Origin: the human T2T-CHM13v2.0 reference genome, Homo sapiens
Assembly: GCF_009914755.1 (NCBI RefSeq)
Contig: NC_060934.1
Strand: one strand, 5' to 3'
DNA: 64,000 bases
Below, one piece after another: positions 1 through 15,896 of the stretch (positions are counted from its first letter, which is position 1; every line of letters starts with the position of its first letter). Made by a program: the position numbers and the translations under genes. Below the pieces are notes generated by a model. That model was not told the origin of the DNA, searched no databases, and saw nothing but the letters and a program-made list of their open reading frames with translations.

Positions 1-97
1 TATTAGCCAAGCTGGTCTCGATTTCCTGACCTCATGATCCGCCTGCCTCGGCCTCCCAAAGTGCTGGGATTACAGGTATGAGCCACCGCACCTGGCC
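1..97 (-). mobile_element. Alu left arm (cut by window edge; AluSc/Y-like)
   Basis: CCTGACCTCATGATCCGCCTGCCTCGGCCTCCCAAAGTGCTGGGATTACAGG...CCTGGCC is the reverse complement of the Alu 5' end. Confidence 0.95.
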
Positions 98-429
98 TAG
101 TCTGACATATTTTTATGGACTTCTCAAATAAATTCCTCTTTAAAAATGTAAACGAATGTCTTTTAAAGAATTTTTTAAGCTAGGCATGATGACACACACC
201 TGTGGTCCCAGCTATTTGGGGGGCTGAGACGGGAGGATACCTGGAGTCCAGGAGTTTCAGACCAGCCTGGGCAACACAGTAAGACCCCATTGCAAAAAAA
301 AAAAATATATATATATATATTTTTTTTACTTTTCTCAGAGTTATATTTTTGGAATTTTGATGTCTTGGGACTTCAGCATTCAGGATTATGGTGCTCAGGA
401 TTGTGTCTATTGGAATTACGGTTCAAACC
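98..429. mobile_element. Ricksha (MULE-MuDR) DNA transposon terminus, interrupted by a FLAM
   Basis: The reverse complement of 351-429 (GGTTTGAACCGTAATTCCAATAGACACAATCCTGAGCACCATAATCCTGAATGCTGAAGTCCC) resembles the recalled Ricksha TIR GGGTTTGGATCATAATCCCAAAAGACACAATCCCAAACGCCATAATCCCGAATGTTGAAATCCC. Confidence 0.7.
179..304 (+). mobile_element. FLAM (free left Alu monomer) with A tail followed by (TA)n
   Basis: Single Alu monomer ...CAGGAGTTTCAGACCAGCCTGGGCAACACAGTAAGACCCC followed by poly(A). Confidence 0.85.
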
Positions 430-481
430 ATCTTCTGATAAGTAGAAAGGGGTCAATGTGTCACTCTTAGCAGACTGCTAT

Positions 482-619
482 CGAGTGAAACCAAGATTCT
501 ATTGAAATTAATGTTTTGCTTTTGCCAGCTGCATAGAAATTTCTCCGAGTTAAACCTGGGATTCCGTTGACATTAATGTTTTGCTTTGGCCATTAGCACA
601 GAAATTTCTACTATTTAAA
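482..619. repeat. Degenerate tandem duplication, ~64-bp unit x2
   Basis: 482-545 vs 546-610 share CGAGTnAAACC..GATTC..TTGAnATTAATGTTTTGCTTTnGCCA...GCAnAGAAATTTCT, about 80% identical by hand alignment. Confidence 0.85.
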
Positions 620-2406
620 TGAAGCCCTAATATTCCCAGATGAACAGAGAGGCAGTACCTTAAGTCTGTACCCTATATCTTAACTCATATCTCCGGAGAG
701 TAGTTCAATAGGCTGGTAGCTGACTATAAGATTTATGTAGTCTAGCAGAGGAATTGGATGAGGGGTAAATGACTGTTTAAACCTATATTATTGCCTTTTG
801 AAATTAAGAGTTCCAAGGGAGTTATTATATTTTAATATATTGAAGTCTAAAAGAGTATTCATTAATATGTATGCATTGATACAGTGGCCCAATTTGAAAC
901 TTAATTCAAATGAAGACCGTGTGCCCCAAGAGATAAATACTTCTGTCCAAATTGCTGTAACAAAAATGAAAAGCAGAAATGAGAGTTGTCTTCCCTGCAA
1001 TTTGGAAGTCTTGCTTTAATGAATAGTTGACTTTTTTCCTATTTCAAAAATAGTACCTCCTTCAGAGTTTAAAATTTAAACCACACAGAAGAAAAAAAAG
1101 GTCATGCGCACAGAAGATTTTCTATATATAATATAGCACACTTCACCTGGGAAACTTGATGTATAAGCTATAGATTGCTATTCATAGATCATTCAGAAAT
1201 ATATTAAATTTGAGATTTTTTTTTACCCCCAGACAAGAGAAAGTGCAAAGTAATTGATTCTGTTTCTGTTTGCAACTGTACTAAGATATTGCCTATAATG
1301 CCCCCAAATTACTTTAAAAATAAACTTCAAAAAGAAATGAATTAGGAAATGTTATAAATCTATGGAAAATGCTTCACATTTTGTCTTGAATAAACAGAAG
1401 TTTCTTTGAAATTAGCATCTTTAAAAATGTGCTCTTTACAACAAACAATAGCAAAATTCCATTTTTTCTTTGTTTTTTTTTTTTTTTTTTTTTTTTTTTA
1501 ATCAGAAGCAAAACCACAAAATCCTCACTCTCAAGGAATGCACAGGCTATTGCAGAAGCCAGGAAGAAATCTATATTATTACAGAGTACTTATCTCAGAG
1601 GGTTGTTATAAATATTAAATGAGAGTTATTTTATGGAATACATCTGAACTAGTGCCTGGCACATAAAAAGTGTTATATAAGTATCAGCTATTGTAATTAC
1701 AGAGTGACAAATAAAAGGTCGGAGTGCTATGGTTATGGAATAGAATGATGAGAAAGGAAACTTCCAGGAGCTTAGGTGTACTTTAAGTGCAGGTATCAAA
1801 TATTGATGCTTCATTATGGCAAGGGGGCTAACAAGTTGCCAGTGTGTCACAAGTCAACATGCAGGCAAAGATGGAAACATTTTCCAGATCTAAAATGTAG
1901 TTAAATATGTTGTACTTTGGAATCGTATATGAACTTTATTCCCCTTTCAGAATTACAAATCTCTTAGAAAGCCATTTTATTTCTTTCTGAAACTAAGTTA
2001 TGATCATCTACTATTTAGCACAGAAATAAAAGGGAGGGATAAAATCTACCAACCCAGCAAAGACACATCTTGCTTTGCATATCTTGAGGAAGGCCATCAG
2101 CAAAATGGAAAGATGACTCTCTGTTGATTACTCTATGTTGAGAACCTTAAGATTCAGATGGTATAGGATTCCAGCTAGGCAGTTGTGAACTGTCCATTTG
2201 TCTTATGCAAGAAAGTCTCTTCAGCTTTCTGAACTTTTCTGTATTTCACATACTCATTCTAGTTCATGCTCATGTTCAAAGCTTGGCTAGAATAGCATGA
2301 AAAAGTTTCCAAAGTAAACTCAGCATAACTCAAACATTTTTCTAGGGTTTATTATCTCTAGTGGAAAGGTGAAAAGATAGCTTGCCTTTTATTTTTAAAC
2401 ACTTTA

Positions 2407-2799
<393 letters not shown>

Positions 2800-2869
2800 T
2801 CATCAGCTACTGAAAAAGTAGAATGAGTGATGTTTTCAAATGCACTTATACCCCTTTTAAAAAATTATT

Positions 2870-3101
2870 AGACTTTATTTTGTAGAGCAGTTTTAGATTC
2901 ACAGCAAAATTAGCAGATGATCCAGAGATTTTTCATGTACTCCCTGCTCCCATACCACATAGCTTCCCCTGTTATCAACCTCCCACACCACGGTGGTACG
3001 TTCGTTACAACTGTGAACCTATATTGACCCGTCATTACCCAAAGTCCATAGTTTACATTAGGGTTCACTTGTGGTGTTATGCATTATATGGGTTTGGACA
3101 A
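2870..3101 (-). mobile_element. L1MC-type 3' end fragment
   Basis: AGAGCAGTTTTAGATTCACAGCAAAATT...CAAAGTCCATAGTTTACATTAGGGTTCAC matches the L1MC1/2 3' UTR. Confidence 0.8.
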
Positions 3102-3824
3102 CTAGAGTCTCTTTTTAAAAAGAACTCCCTTGTGGTGAAAATGAAATCTGAGTCTGAGAATAGAAGTGTTTTCAGTTGTAGTAAAATTGGAGCTGATGCT
3201 CCAGAGGCTGTTGCAAGGATGTGCCCTCAGGCGAGGGCACAGACCTCTCAACCTAGAGCACTAATAGTTAAAGTTTGGTAGCCTCAAGCCTTTGCATTGC
3301 TTTGTACTGGCTTAATGGCTTTTACTGTTTAATATGTTACAAAGACTCTGGTCTTCAAAAGTAATGAAGTGCAAACATGAATGACAATTGAAAATGTAGT
3401 TTGACTGATGACTGAGAAGAAAGGGACTAGAAATAACGCATTTTAGACTTTGACCTTGCAGAGAGTTCTTTACTCATGTGAAGTGGGATGGGTGAAAAAC
3501 ATAGCTTTTTTTCTTTCTTTTCCCCCCTGGCTTGCTTCCAGAATTCATATGTAAGCGTACTTTGTAGAAACTGTGTATGTATTGCAATAAATTAAACTAG
3601 TGGCTTTCAAGTTTTTTGGCCATATCCCACAATAATTTTTTATGTTGCAATCTATCAAATACACACACGTATCTGACAAAAAATTATTAGTATTAGTTAA
3701 ATTCTGGTCACAATCTATGTAACCCCAGTTTGGACGAAGATAAAGTGAGTTAAACCTTCCTGCAGCACTGCCTGGGAGGCAACATTTTTAAAGAGGGAAA
3801 ATTAAACCTGTTTATTCAAATTTA

Positions 3825-4241
<417 letters not shown>

Positions 4242-4765
4242 TCAGTTAACTGGTTTTTGGAAGAAATGTTCCCAAAGTAATAACATTAGCAGAAATGGGG
4301 GATTTCAAGTTTGGGAATAAAGTTTTTATTGAAAGTGTTTAAAAAATGATCTGGATTAGATGGTAGCCCGTTAATTCTTAAATTTAAAAAAAATGGAAAC
4401 AAAGTGGTGTCTGTATTTTTAATATTCCCCCACCCTTGGTATTTCTGCTGCAATTTGTCTTCATAGGCCATTTTTAGAAATGTTTTCACAAACTAGAACA
4501 GTATTAGTAGGCCTGAAGAAAGAAGCCCAGACTTGAGAAAATTTAGCCGTTAAAATATTCGGGACTTCCAGTATTTAGTTTTCTAGAGACAAACCATCAA
4601 GAAGAGAAAATAATTAATATACAAGGATAGATCTGAATAAGAATAGGTCAAGTTAAAGTGTTTTTTGTGTATGTAACCTGTATGCCTATGTGCATCAGAA
4701 AATTGAATATATAATTTTGTCTCTCAAAGGAGAAGTTTAGATTTGGAGAGAGAGATTTGGAAGCT

Positions 4766-5393
4766 ATGTTAGTTTGTTAGGACTGCCATAACAAAATATC
4801 ACAGACCGCGTGGTTTACAAAACAGAAATTTATTTTCTCAAAGTTCTGGAGGCTAGAAGTTTAATGTCAAGGTGTTTAAAGTAGGATTGGTTTCTTCTGA
4901 GGCCTCCCTCCTTGGCTTGCAGATGGCTGCCCTTCTTGCTGTGTCCTTACATGGTCTTTCCTCTGGGTGCATGGCCCCCTGGGGTCTTTCTCTGTGTCCA
5001 AATTCCCTCCCTCTCCCCCTCCGCCCCCGTCCCTCCCTCCCTTCCTTCCTTCTTTCCTTCCTTCCTTCCTTCCCTCCTTCCCTTTTGTTTTTGTTGAAAC
5101 AGAGTCTCACTCTGATGCCCAGGCTGGAGTGCAGTGACACAATCTTGGCTCTTTGCAACCTCCGCCTTCTGGGCTCAAGTGATCTGCCTGCCTCAGCCTC
5201 CCAGAGTGCTGGGTCTACGGGCATGAGCCAACACACCTGGCCCAAATTTCCTTTTCTTATAAAGACATCAATCAAGTTGGATTAGGGTCTACTCCTATGG
5301 TTTCATTTTAATTCAATGACCTCTTCACAGGCCCTGTCTCCACATACAGTCACAGTGTGAGGTATGGGGGCGAACACAATTTAGGTCATAACA
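4766..5393 (-). mobile_element. MLT1A-type MaLR LTR interrupted by an Alu monomer
   Basis: TTAGTTTGTTAGGACTGCCATAACAAAATATCACAGAC...AGAAATTTATTTTCTCA..GTTCTGGAGGCTAGAAG is a typical MLT1 end. Confidence 0.85.
5005..5243 (-). mobile_element. Monomeric Alu (FRAM-like or arm-recombinant) with (CCTT)n tail
   Basis: Right-arm 3' part joined to a left-arm-like 5' part; flanked by CCAAATT(C/T)CCT. Confidence 0.75.
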
Positions 5394-5852
5394 GGTTCCA
5401 TCAGAACATGAAAGGATAGTAAATAAACATATATTAAGCATTGAATCCTTAGAAGCACTTACATCTAACGATTAATAAAGGGGTGGAAATCCACGACAAA
5501 AACAGAAACATGGTCAGAGAGGTATACAGAGAGCAAGAACGGTGAGATTCAAGAAAGTGAAATTCTTTTTTGATATGGAATGCATGATCAAGTTCCTTCC
5601 TAATAATATCTAATAATAGTAGTGAAGAAAAAATTATTTTTGTTTGGAAACTAGAAATTATTAAGGATCTTAACGAAATCAGATTCTGTTGAGTGGTGCT
5701 GAAAGTTAGATTTTGCTGAGTTGATAGCTAAATTGAAGGCAAAAAGAATAAACACAACCAATTTACCAAGCCACGAAAATAATAGATTTTGAAACTTGTA
5801 AGATCTCACCTTAATAAAAATTATAAGCTAGGCTATCTTACTAGATGGGAGA

Positions 5853-6262
5853 TGTCTTATTCATTTTGGGCTGCTGAAATAAATTAATATAACTGGATGA
5901 CTTAAATAACATACATTTATTTCTCCTAGTTCTGGAGGCTTCGATTCTGAGATTAGGGTGCCAGTATGGTCCAGTTCTGGTGAGGATCTCTTTCTGGTTT
6001 GCAGACAGCCACCCTTTGGCTGTGTCCTCAAATGGTAGAGGAGAGAGAGAGAGAGAGACAAAAAATAAAAATAAAAAATAAACAACAACAACAAAAAAAA
6101 CACACCTCTTTCTCTTGTCTCTTCTTATAAAAACACTAATCCCATCATAAGGCACTACTAGCCTCATGACCTAATTACTTCTCAAAGGCCCCATCTCCAA
6201 ATTCCATCACACTGGGATTTAGGGATTCAATATATGAACTTTAGGGGGAAACACACATAGCA
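5853..6262 (-). mobile_element. MaLR LTR (MSTD/MLT1A-type)
   Basis: TGTCTTATTCATTTTGGGCTGCT...TTCTGGAGGCT...CTTCTTATAAAAACACTAATCCCATCAT...CTAATTACTTCTCAAAGGCCCC. Confidence 0.8.
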
Positions 6263-8566
6263 GAAGTGACTTTCAGAAGCCTAACACCTGAGTCATCATA
6301 TACTGAAAACTCAAGACAAATTCTGGAATGCAGAAGAAAAACCCTAGATGGCTGTAAGATTTTTAGGAACTTGTGTGGGGGTGGTTGATACAGTTTTCCA
6401 CAGGATTCTTCTTGATGTTATTAATACTATTAGTTGCACCAACTAATAGGAACGTCTTGAACCAACTAATAGTAACATCAATAATAAATCTGAACCAATG
6501 ATCTGAAATTTATTATCTTACACTTTGCTTTTTTTCTCTATATAAGATGGAGTTGAAAAGCAAGTAAGTGATCACTTGATCTCCCTCAAGTATCTTTAAG
6601 AGTTAGAGTCTAAATATCAGAAAGTACTTTTTGTTGAGGATGATTTGATAAAAAGAATTCCAATAACAGGCTTAAGTGAAGTTTTGGTCTTATAGGAATA
6701 GAGCACTGTAAGCAAATCAATACTGAGCTCGGCCATAAGTGGATATGATTGCTGGTGTAATGGGTGAGCTGCCAACAGTCATGATGCTAGCACTTTTGAT
6801 CCTGCAATTGTCGCAATGAATATTTTGAGTACCTTGGGACCCTCAGTAGTTATATATTATTTTTCTTCTCTGTGTTCTCAAGTTTGAACTTCTGGTGTTA
6901 ATTAGAACTCTGCATACCTGAAGTTAAAAAATATAAAATTTTAGATTATTATTAGGAAAAAACTCCATATACTCCAGCTATTAAATAGTGTTATTATTCT
7001 GTATTTAATTCTTGGCATTCTAATAAACAAAATGTTTCTATAACAGGTTCTTGTGATCACCTTTTTAAAAAAAGTATTTTAGCTTTTTTAAAAAAAAATT
7101 ATTATTTTTTTTGCTCCTGGCATCTTAAACCAAACCTAAAAATTACCAATATTTTCCTTCAGTGAATAACATTATATGACTGATAAATTGTCAACATTCA
7201 TTCAATTTCATGTCCTGCCCTTATAAATATTGGGGATGATCAAGGTATGCATTTTAAAAATGTTAAAATATGCTGGGTGATAATGGCTTGCATCTATTTG
7301 AAGAACTATTTAAAATAAGGTTAGAAGTGAAAACATACTACTAGAGCAAAACTTACCTCATTGTACACTGAAATTATCTACAGATCTTCCTCTTTTAAAC
7401 TGTGAATTAAATATGAGAGATATTGTTATTTTATTTTATTTTATTTTTATTTCAGTGACTATATAATACCTGGCCCAAGAGCACACAATAAATATTTGTT
7501 GAATAAGGAACTGAATTTAGAAGTCACAATGAGATCAGTGTAACGCTGCCCCAAATGTAGGCCTTGAGAAGGAATGTCCAATACGGAGTAAATGGATACT
7601 AAAAAGTTTGGTTCCTTCTTAGTTGAGGGATCGTGAAAATAAAATAAATATTTCTAAAGAACCCTCCAATTTTTCACTAAGGGATGGTAGGTCAAGATAA
7701 ACACAGACTGAAATAATCCAAGAGGTATGGAAACACTGGCTTCTTCCAAAACAGAATAAATCTGCAGCAGCTGTCACAGTTTTTCTACTCCACTGAAAAG
7801 TTCAATAGTAATTTAAAAGGAGGAAAGAATTCAGTCTTATCTGAAAATGGGCTATTGTTCTATTTGTATTGTTAGTAAGCAGCAGCCATGGAAACATATA
7901 GGCTCATTTAAAAGAATAAGGTCCCATCTATAGTGTGTTATATGCTCAGGGGTTAAGTGAAGGATTCTGCAGGAAAGTACCGGTCATTCTCATTTGTGGG
8001 AGGATTTCTGGAGATATTCAATAAAAATCCCGGGCTCTGAAGAAGCAGAGTGAGATAGGGAATTAGGTAGGAATTATAAAGACAAAACAGGAGAGCACAC
8101 ACCTACCATCCCATCCTTGTGCCCTAGAAGACATCTGTTAGGGGATGGAAATGGAAACCACGCAAAAACAAATTGCTCACTTCCAGACAGATTAGCTATC
8201 TTTATGTATTGTTTGCTACATGTGTTTCTTTTATGAAGAATACTTTCTAGGGTCAATGTGGAGAAGTGAAAATTCCTTGCGCAGAGTTCAGTTTCTAAGT
8301 CCTTGGTTTAGAACTGAAATCAGGAATTGTCATTTGAGCTTGATGTATGTTTTATTTATGGGTAATGCATTAGGATTTATTAACAAGGAGTAAATGGTAA
8401 TTTTCTATGCCAATTAGTTTTGCCTTTTGTGGGAAGAAATGGATTTTCCTCATCTTAATGTGTGAAACTCTACAGTATCCTGTTTTTCATGGTTCCCAGA
8501 AGGGAATGAGGACATTTGGATACCAATAATTGAGGAATCATGCCTTAAAGAAACACAAGAAATATA

Positions 8567-8871
8567 CAGGCATTCCTCAGTATTTGTGGGGGGATTATTC
8601 CAAGACTGTCCTTGGATACCAAATCCACTCAAGTCCCTGATATAAAATGGCATAAATTTGCCCATAACTTATGCCAACCCTTCTGTATACTTTAAATTAT
8701 CTCGAGTAGTTATAATACCTAATACAAAATGTAAATAGTTGTTATACTGCATTATTTAGGAATAATGACAAGGGAAAGTCTATATGTGTTTGGTACAGAG
8801 GCAATTTTTTTTTCAAATGTTTTCTATCCCTGGTTGTGTAACCCATGGATATGGGGCAGGGGGCCTGACTG
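8567..8871. mobile_element. MER2 (TcMar-Tigger) MITE
   Basis: CAGGCATTCCTCAGTAT...GGATACCAAATCCACTCAAGTCCCTGATATAAAATGGC...TATAATACCTAATACA...GACTG; followed by (TA)n. Confidence 0.85.
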
Positions 8872-8873
8872 CA

Positions 8874-8904
<31 letters not shown>

Positions 8905-8947
8905 TTATTTATTTATTTATTTATTTTTCCCTCCAACTTTAAGTTGT

Positions 8948-9207
8948 CTTTTTTTTTTTTTTTTTTTTTTGGAGTGCACGACTCACTGCAGCCTCGACCT
9001 TCTGGGCTCCCACAATGCTCCCACCTCAGCCTCCTGAGTAACTAGGACCACAGGTGTGTGCCACTATGCCCAGCTAATTTTTGTATTTTTGTAGCTATGG
9101 GGTTTTGCCATGTTGGCCAGGCAGGTCTCCAACTCCTGGGCTCGAACGATCCACCTGCCTTGGCTTCCTGAAGTGCTGAGATTACTGCCGTGAGTCACCA
9201 TGACTGG
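8948..9207 (-). mobile_element. AluJ-type, partly deleted
   Basis: Poly(T) followed by reverse-complement Alu body. Confidence 0.9.
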
Positions 9208-9299
9208 GAGTTATTTCTTGATTTTGTTTCAAAAGTTCTCAAGTGGTGGACATAGTGTCATCTGGCATTGGCTACTTTAAAAAAATTATTTATTATCAT

Positions 9300-10047
<748 letters not shown>

Positions 10048-10578
10048 TTATTAACAACTTTTAAAGATTATTTACAAACAGGTATATTTGAAGTTTATTA
10101 TCAAGTACACTTTCAGCCTAAAAACCACCACAAATTTGACCACTGTGTACCTAAAGGAACTACTATTTGAATAAAGAAGTCTGGGAGCCTTCTGGCTACC
10201 TTGAGAAATCAGTTATGGTCTTTTCATCTTCCCCCACTCCCACATTCTTCCCCTGCCAATTGTTTTTCCATATAGCTACTGCTTCACATGCCCACTAGAC
10301 ACTGATGTAGCTCAAACGCTTTCTTACCGTTCATGGTATGATTCTAAAGAGCGTGTCTCTGCTTCTTCTTGTTCTTTCAACCCATCCTTCTTGAAAATGC
10401 CTATTATCTACTCAAAACAGATTGGAGAGAGTTAAAGCACTGATTTTGTTGTTGCCTGGTTTATTGCTTTCAATCTAATTGAGAGACGTTAAATGGCAGG
10501 GAGTCACATTGTTGTATTTCCCATTACATAAAGGGGTAGGTTTCACTGGTGTCGAAGGAATGACTGGATGTTGTCGGA

Positions 10579-11145
<567 letters not shown>

Positions 11146-11966
11146 ATGAAAATAAGAGTATTGGTCAAACGTTGCCTGTTTCTTGCTGGTGATCTTCTCA
11201 AGTTATATATCCTCTTACAGTCCTCAGTGTCTTTAACTGTAAAGTGAAGAGGATGTACCAGATAGATATTACCTAGAGTTTTTTGTTTTCTAAATTTGTG
11301 CGCTCAGTTTAGTCCTTCAAAAGGGACGTTTGTAGGATCCATGTCTAGGAGAACAGAAGGAAAGATTGGAAATAGAAGAGCAAGTCACATCACCTGAGTT
11401 CAAATTCTATTTGTATGGCATGGTGCAAGTTATGTAATTGTAAGTTTCTTTTTCTCTAAGATGGGCATAGTAATAATTCTTCCTGCATGAAGCAGTTGCA
11501 AGAATGAAATGTGTGGCACAATATATGACAAATTCTAAACATTCAAAAAATGTTTTGCTAATTTGTTTTGTTTGCTGTTTTACATGGATGGAAGGGAATG
11601 GGAGGTAGATAGGTTATGAGAGGAGGAAAGACCTCCTATTAGTCTATATTCTGGTGAGAATGAGCTGACTGGGCTCTAATTTCACCTTGATCTTCACCAC
11701 AATCTGTGTCCCTTGGCAAATCATAGCATCTCTGGGACTCCATTTATTGGACTGAGAAATGAAACAGTTTAGATGAAATAAACTTCAATCCCCCCTTTTA
11801 AAGTTAAAATTCTATTCTAATGTGATTCTGATAATTTTTCATGGCACTCCCTGATAGTGAATGCTGTGAATTGTAAAACTGATAATATTTCCTCTCTTTG
11901 TTTTGTCTTCTAAGTTAGCTTCAAGTTGTATTTAGGACCAAAAATAAGCAACTATGAAAGACTTTA

Positions 11967-12147
11967 GCAGAGCTGGCTTCCTAGATGTGCATTCTATGTA
12001 GGCACATAGGGCTCTACATTTAGAAGGGCCATGTTACTTGTTTAATGCTCCTAGTTTAATATTGCTGTCCTGAAATACTTATTTTTTAACAAGGAACCTT
12101 GCATTTTCATTTTGCTCTGTGCTCTGCACATTATAAAGTCAGTCCTG
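11967..12147. mobile_element. MER91A (hAT-Tip100) MITE
   Basis: CAGAGCTGGCTTC...TTGTTTAATGCTC...TTGCATTTTCATTTTGCTCTG...CATTATAAAGTCAGTCCTG. Confidence 0.75.
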
Positions 12148-12283
12148 GATCTTAGTATATATTTTTCTATTTTAGCCTCATCGTAATTGCCATGCATCCT
12201 AAATTTATTGTCTTTTTTTCCCTAATTGCTCTGTGTGTGTTTTTTGAAATATCATATATTCATTTGGTAAATAGGCAGATAAT

Positions 12284-12650
12284 GGATAAATAAGGACATT
12301 ATTCTCCTATGAAGATTTGCTTCCCAAAACTCCTAGCTATATTTCCCTCCTAATGTCAAACCTAACAGTATTTACTGTTTGTCATTCATCTTGATACTAG
12401 GTTATATATTACCTTGCAGCACTATCTAACTTTGCCTTGTGGACATCTTAAAACTTCTCAGGTTATTATAACCTCTTTGAATTTTTATATCCCCAACAAT
12501 GCCCATCTTCATGGGTATTGCTCCTAACAGCCTCCCAGAAAAATAATTTTTGAATTAATATAACTAGAAATTGAATTGATTTAACCAGCTAGAAGAAGAA
12601 AGGAGGGGAGATCTCAGCAAAGAGAAGGAAAAGAGGAAAAGGACCCCAAA
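12284..12650 (+). repeat. Left arm of a ~365-bp long inverted repeat (partner 14399-14764)
   Basis: Hand alignment to the reverse complement of 14399-14764: about 17 mismatches and no indels over 12298-12613; perfect over 12446-12520. Confidence 0.97.
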
Positions 12651-12708
12651 GGATGGTCACAGAAGATAATCATTTGTCATTGCTTGATTTCCATTCCAAA
12701 AACCACTA

Positions 12709-12970
12709 GGCCAGGCGTGGTGGCTCATGGCTGTAATCACAGCACTTTGGGAGTCCAAGGTGGGTAAATCACTTGAGTTCAGGAGTTTGAGACCAGCCTG
12801 GAAACATGGTGAAACCCTGTCTCTATTAAAAATATAAAAAATTAGCCAAGCGTGGTGGCGCATGCCTGTAGTCCCAGGTACTCAGGAGGCTGAGGTGGAA
12901 GGATCACTTTATAGTGCAACTGCACTCCAGCCTGGGTGACGGAGCAAAACCCTATCTCAAAACAAACAAA
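12709..12970 (+). mobile_element. Alu with an internal right-arm deletion
   Basis: GGCCAGGCGTGGTGGCTCA...; right arm jumps from GGATCACTT to GTGCAACTGCACTCCAG. Confidence 0.92.
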
Positions 12971-12979
12971 ATAGTAGTA

Positions 12980-13762
<783 letters not shown>

Positions 13763-14398
13763 ATTCAGTAGAGTGACATCTTGCTGCCATAATATTTTTC
13801 AGAATCAAGATAGTAAATTCTACACAGCTATCTCCATTCCTTTAGCTGAGGTAGGTGGAATTTCGCTCTGAGGCTCAAAAAATAGAATACTTTATCTTCA
13901 TATTTGCCAACCTGCATTGATTGCCCATTGATTTGTCCCAAAACTGAAAAAAAAAAAAGCATCAAGAGATTTGAGAGTTTTTAAAGATTCTTTCTCTTCC
14001 TTGCTTGCATGTTATAAATGATGGACAGACGCAGAGAAGGAGCCAAGTGTGGGGACACCATCATACAATGCTAAGTTTCTGAATCGAGGTGATTTCATTC
14101 TATTATTTTTTAAACTTAATGTTGGGAAACAATGGGAGGTGGATCTGAATGAAACCTTTGGTGAAAAAAAAAAGACATTGAAATAACTACTGGAATAAAT
14201 TACTGAGTCATTCTGGGTGTAAAATATACATTTTAATGCATATTTCAATTGCTGTAATTTGAAGATATGTATCATGCACTCAGTTTCAATTCATTACTAT
14301 TGGGAGCTCTGCATTATCAAGTCTAGGAGTGCTACAGTTCACATTAATTATTCAGAATAATGTTATTGACAGGCTTTTATTATAGGTTATATTTAATT

Positions 14399-14764
14399 TT
14401 GGGGGTCCATTTTCTGCATTCCTTCTCTTTACTAAAATCTCCCCTGTTTTCTTCTTCTAGCCAGTTAAATCAATTCAATTTCTAGTTAAATTAATTCAAA
14501 AATTATTTTTCTGGGAGGCTGTTAGGAACAATACCCATGAAGATGGGCATTGTTGGGGATATAAAAATTCAAAGAGGTTATAATAACCTGAGAAGTTTTA
14601 AGACGTCCACAAGGCAAAGCTAGATAGTGATGCAAGGTAATATATAATTTAGTACCAAAATGAATGACAAACAGTAAATGCTGTTAGGTTTGACATTAGG
14701 AGGGGAATATGGCTAGGAGTTTTGGGAAGCAAATCTACACAGAAGAATAATACCTTTATTATCC
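14399..14764 (-). repeat. Right arm of the long inverted repeat (partner 12284-12650)
   Basis: For example, ACAATACCCATGAAGATGGGCATTGTTGGGGATATAAAAATTCAAAGAGGTTATAATAACCTGAGAAGTTTTAAGA contains the exact reverse complement of 12446-12520. Confidence 0.97.
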
Positions 14765-15509
14765 TAGGGATCCTACGGTAAAAAATAAGGTTCTTCGCAT
14801 TTACCTGTAACCCCAGAGTTTTCAGTGCTAACTTTGTAGCTAATCTTTATAAAACTTGTTTTAAATTGGTATTTGGAACAAAATTCTATTTCCCAGTGGC
14901 AGATCACCAACTGGAGGCAGGAAGAAACTCTTAGGGAGCTGTAACTGGTTGTCAAAGATTAGTGTTCTGTGTTTAATAAACATGTCTCCCTAAAGTTATA
15001 AGTAGACTGGCTTTAGTAAACACATAGGTAGAAGTTTTCGCTTCTGTCTTACACATCCATCCAAAGCATTTGTCTGTGGCATTATTGTGATCTTGTGAGA
15101 TAACTGTCTTCCTTAGGGAAGAGACACATTCTTACTTCTAGTGTGGTCTCCCCTAACCATCTGGGAAAGAGGCTGCTGCTGAGATTGTTAACTGGAACTC
15201 AGAAGGTGTATTTTATTCAGCAATCATGAGTTAGTGCAAGAGGGTAAGATTTACATTGAACCTGAATGTCTTAGTGATTATATGGCCTTGGGCAAATTAC
15301 TTAATATCTGAGGACCTGCTTCCATGAAGACATTACATTTTCGGAAGATTTACTGTAGTAATAATGTAGAAGATATAATAAGGAGAATCTTGATACTCCA
15401 AAACCAACTATTTGGTTTGCCGCTTAATAGCCGTGAGATAAGAACATGAGTTAAGACACTTGTTGAGAGACTAACAAAGAGGGAGAAGACCAGAGAGATT
15501 ATTAAACAG

Positions 15510-15860
15510 AATCAATAAGTTTAGTGACTAGTTGGATGCAGGTGGTATGAAAGAGGTAAGACCCTCAGCCATGCTCAAGTTGCCGGAACTGGTTGTCTCA
15601 CATCATTTGCTGAGGAATCTGCAAGAAAAGGTAATGTGGAGTTGTGGTGGGTGCTGAGTTTTACCTGGGTCATGTTGAATTTAAGGTAAGAATGAAGAGG
15701 AGTGGGGAAACTAATTCCAGGTGTAAAGGTGTAGTATGGGTTTATGTATGTTGGCCGGGAGGTCAGGAGAAATTTGGGAGAAATCAACTCTTTATGTGGT
15801 AAATGAAGCCATGAGTATGGTCAAAGTCACCCAGGAAAAAAGCACAGAATGAGGAATCTG
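15510..15860 (-). mobile_element. Degraded L2 fragment
   Basis: GTGACTAGTTGGATG...GAGTTTTACCTGGGTCATGTTGAATTTAAGG...AATGAAGCCATGAGTATGG. Confidence 0.5.
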
Positions 15861-15896
15861 GGATTGGCCTAGACCAGGAAAAGTTGGCTGCCCTTC

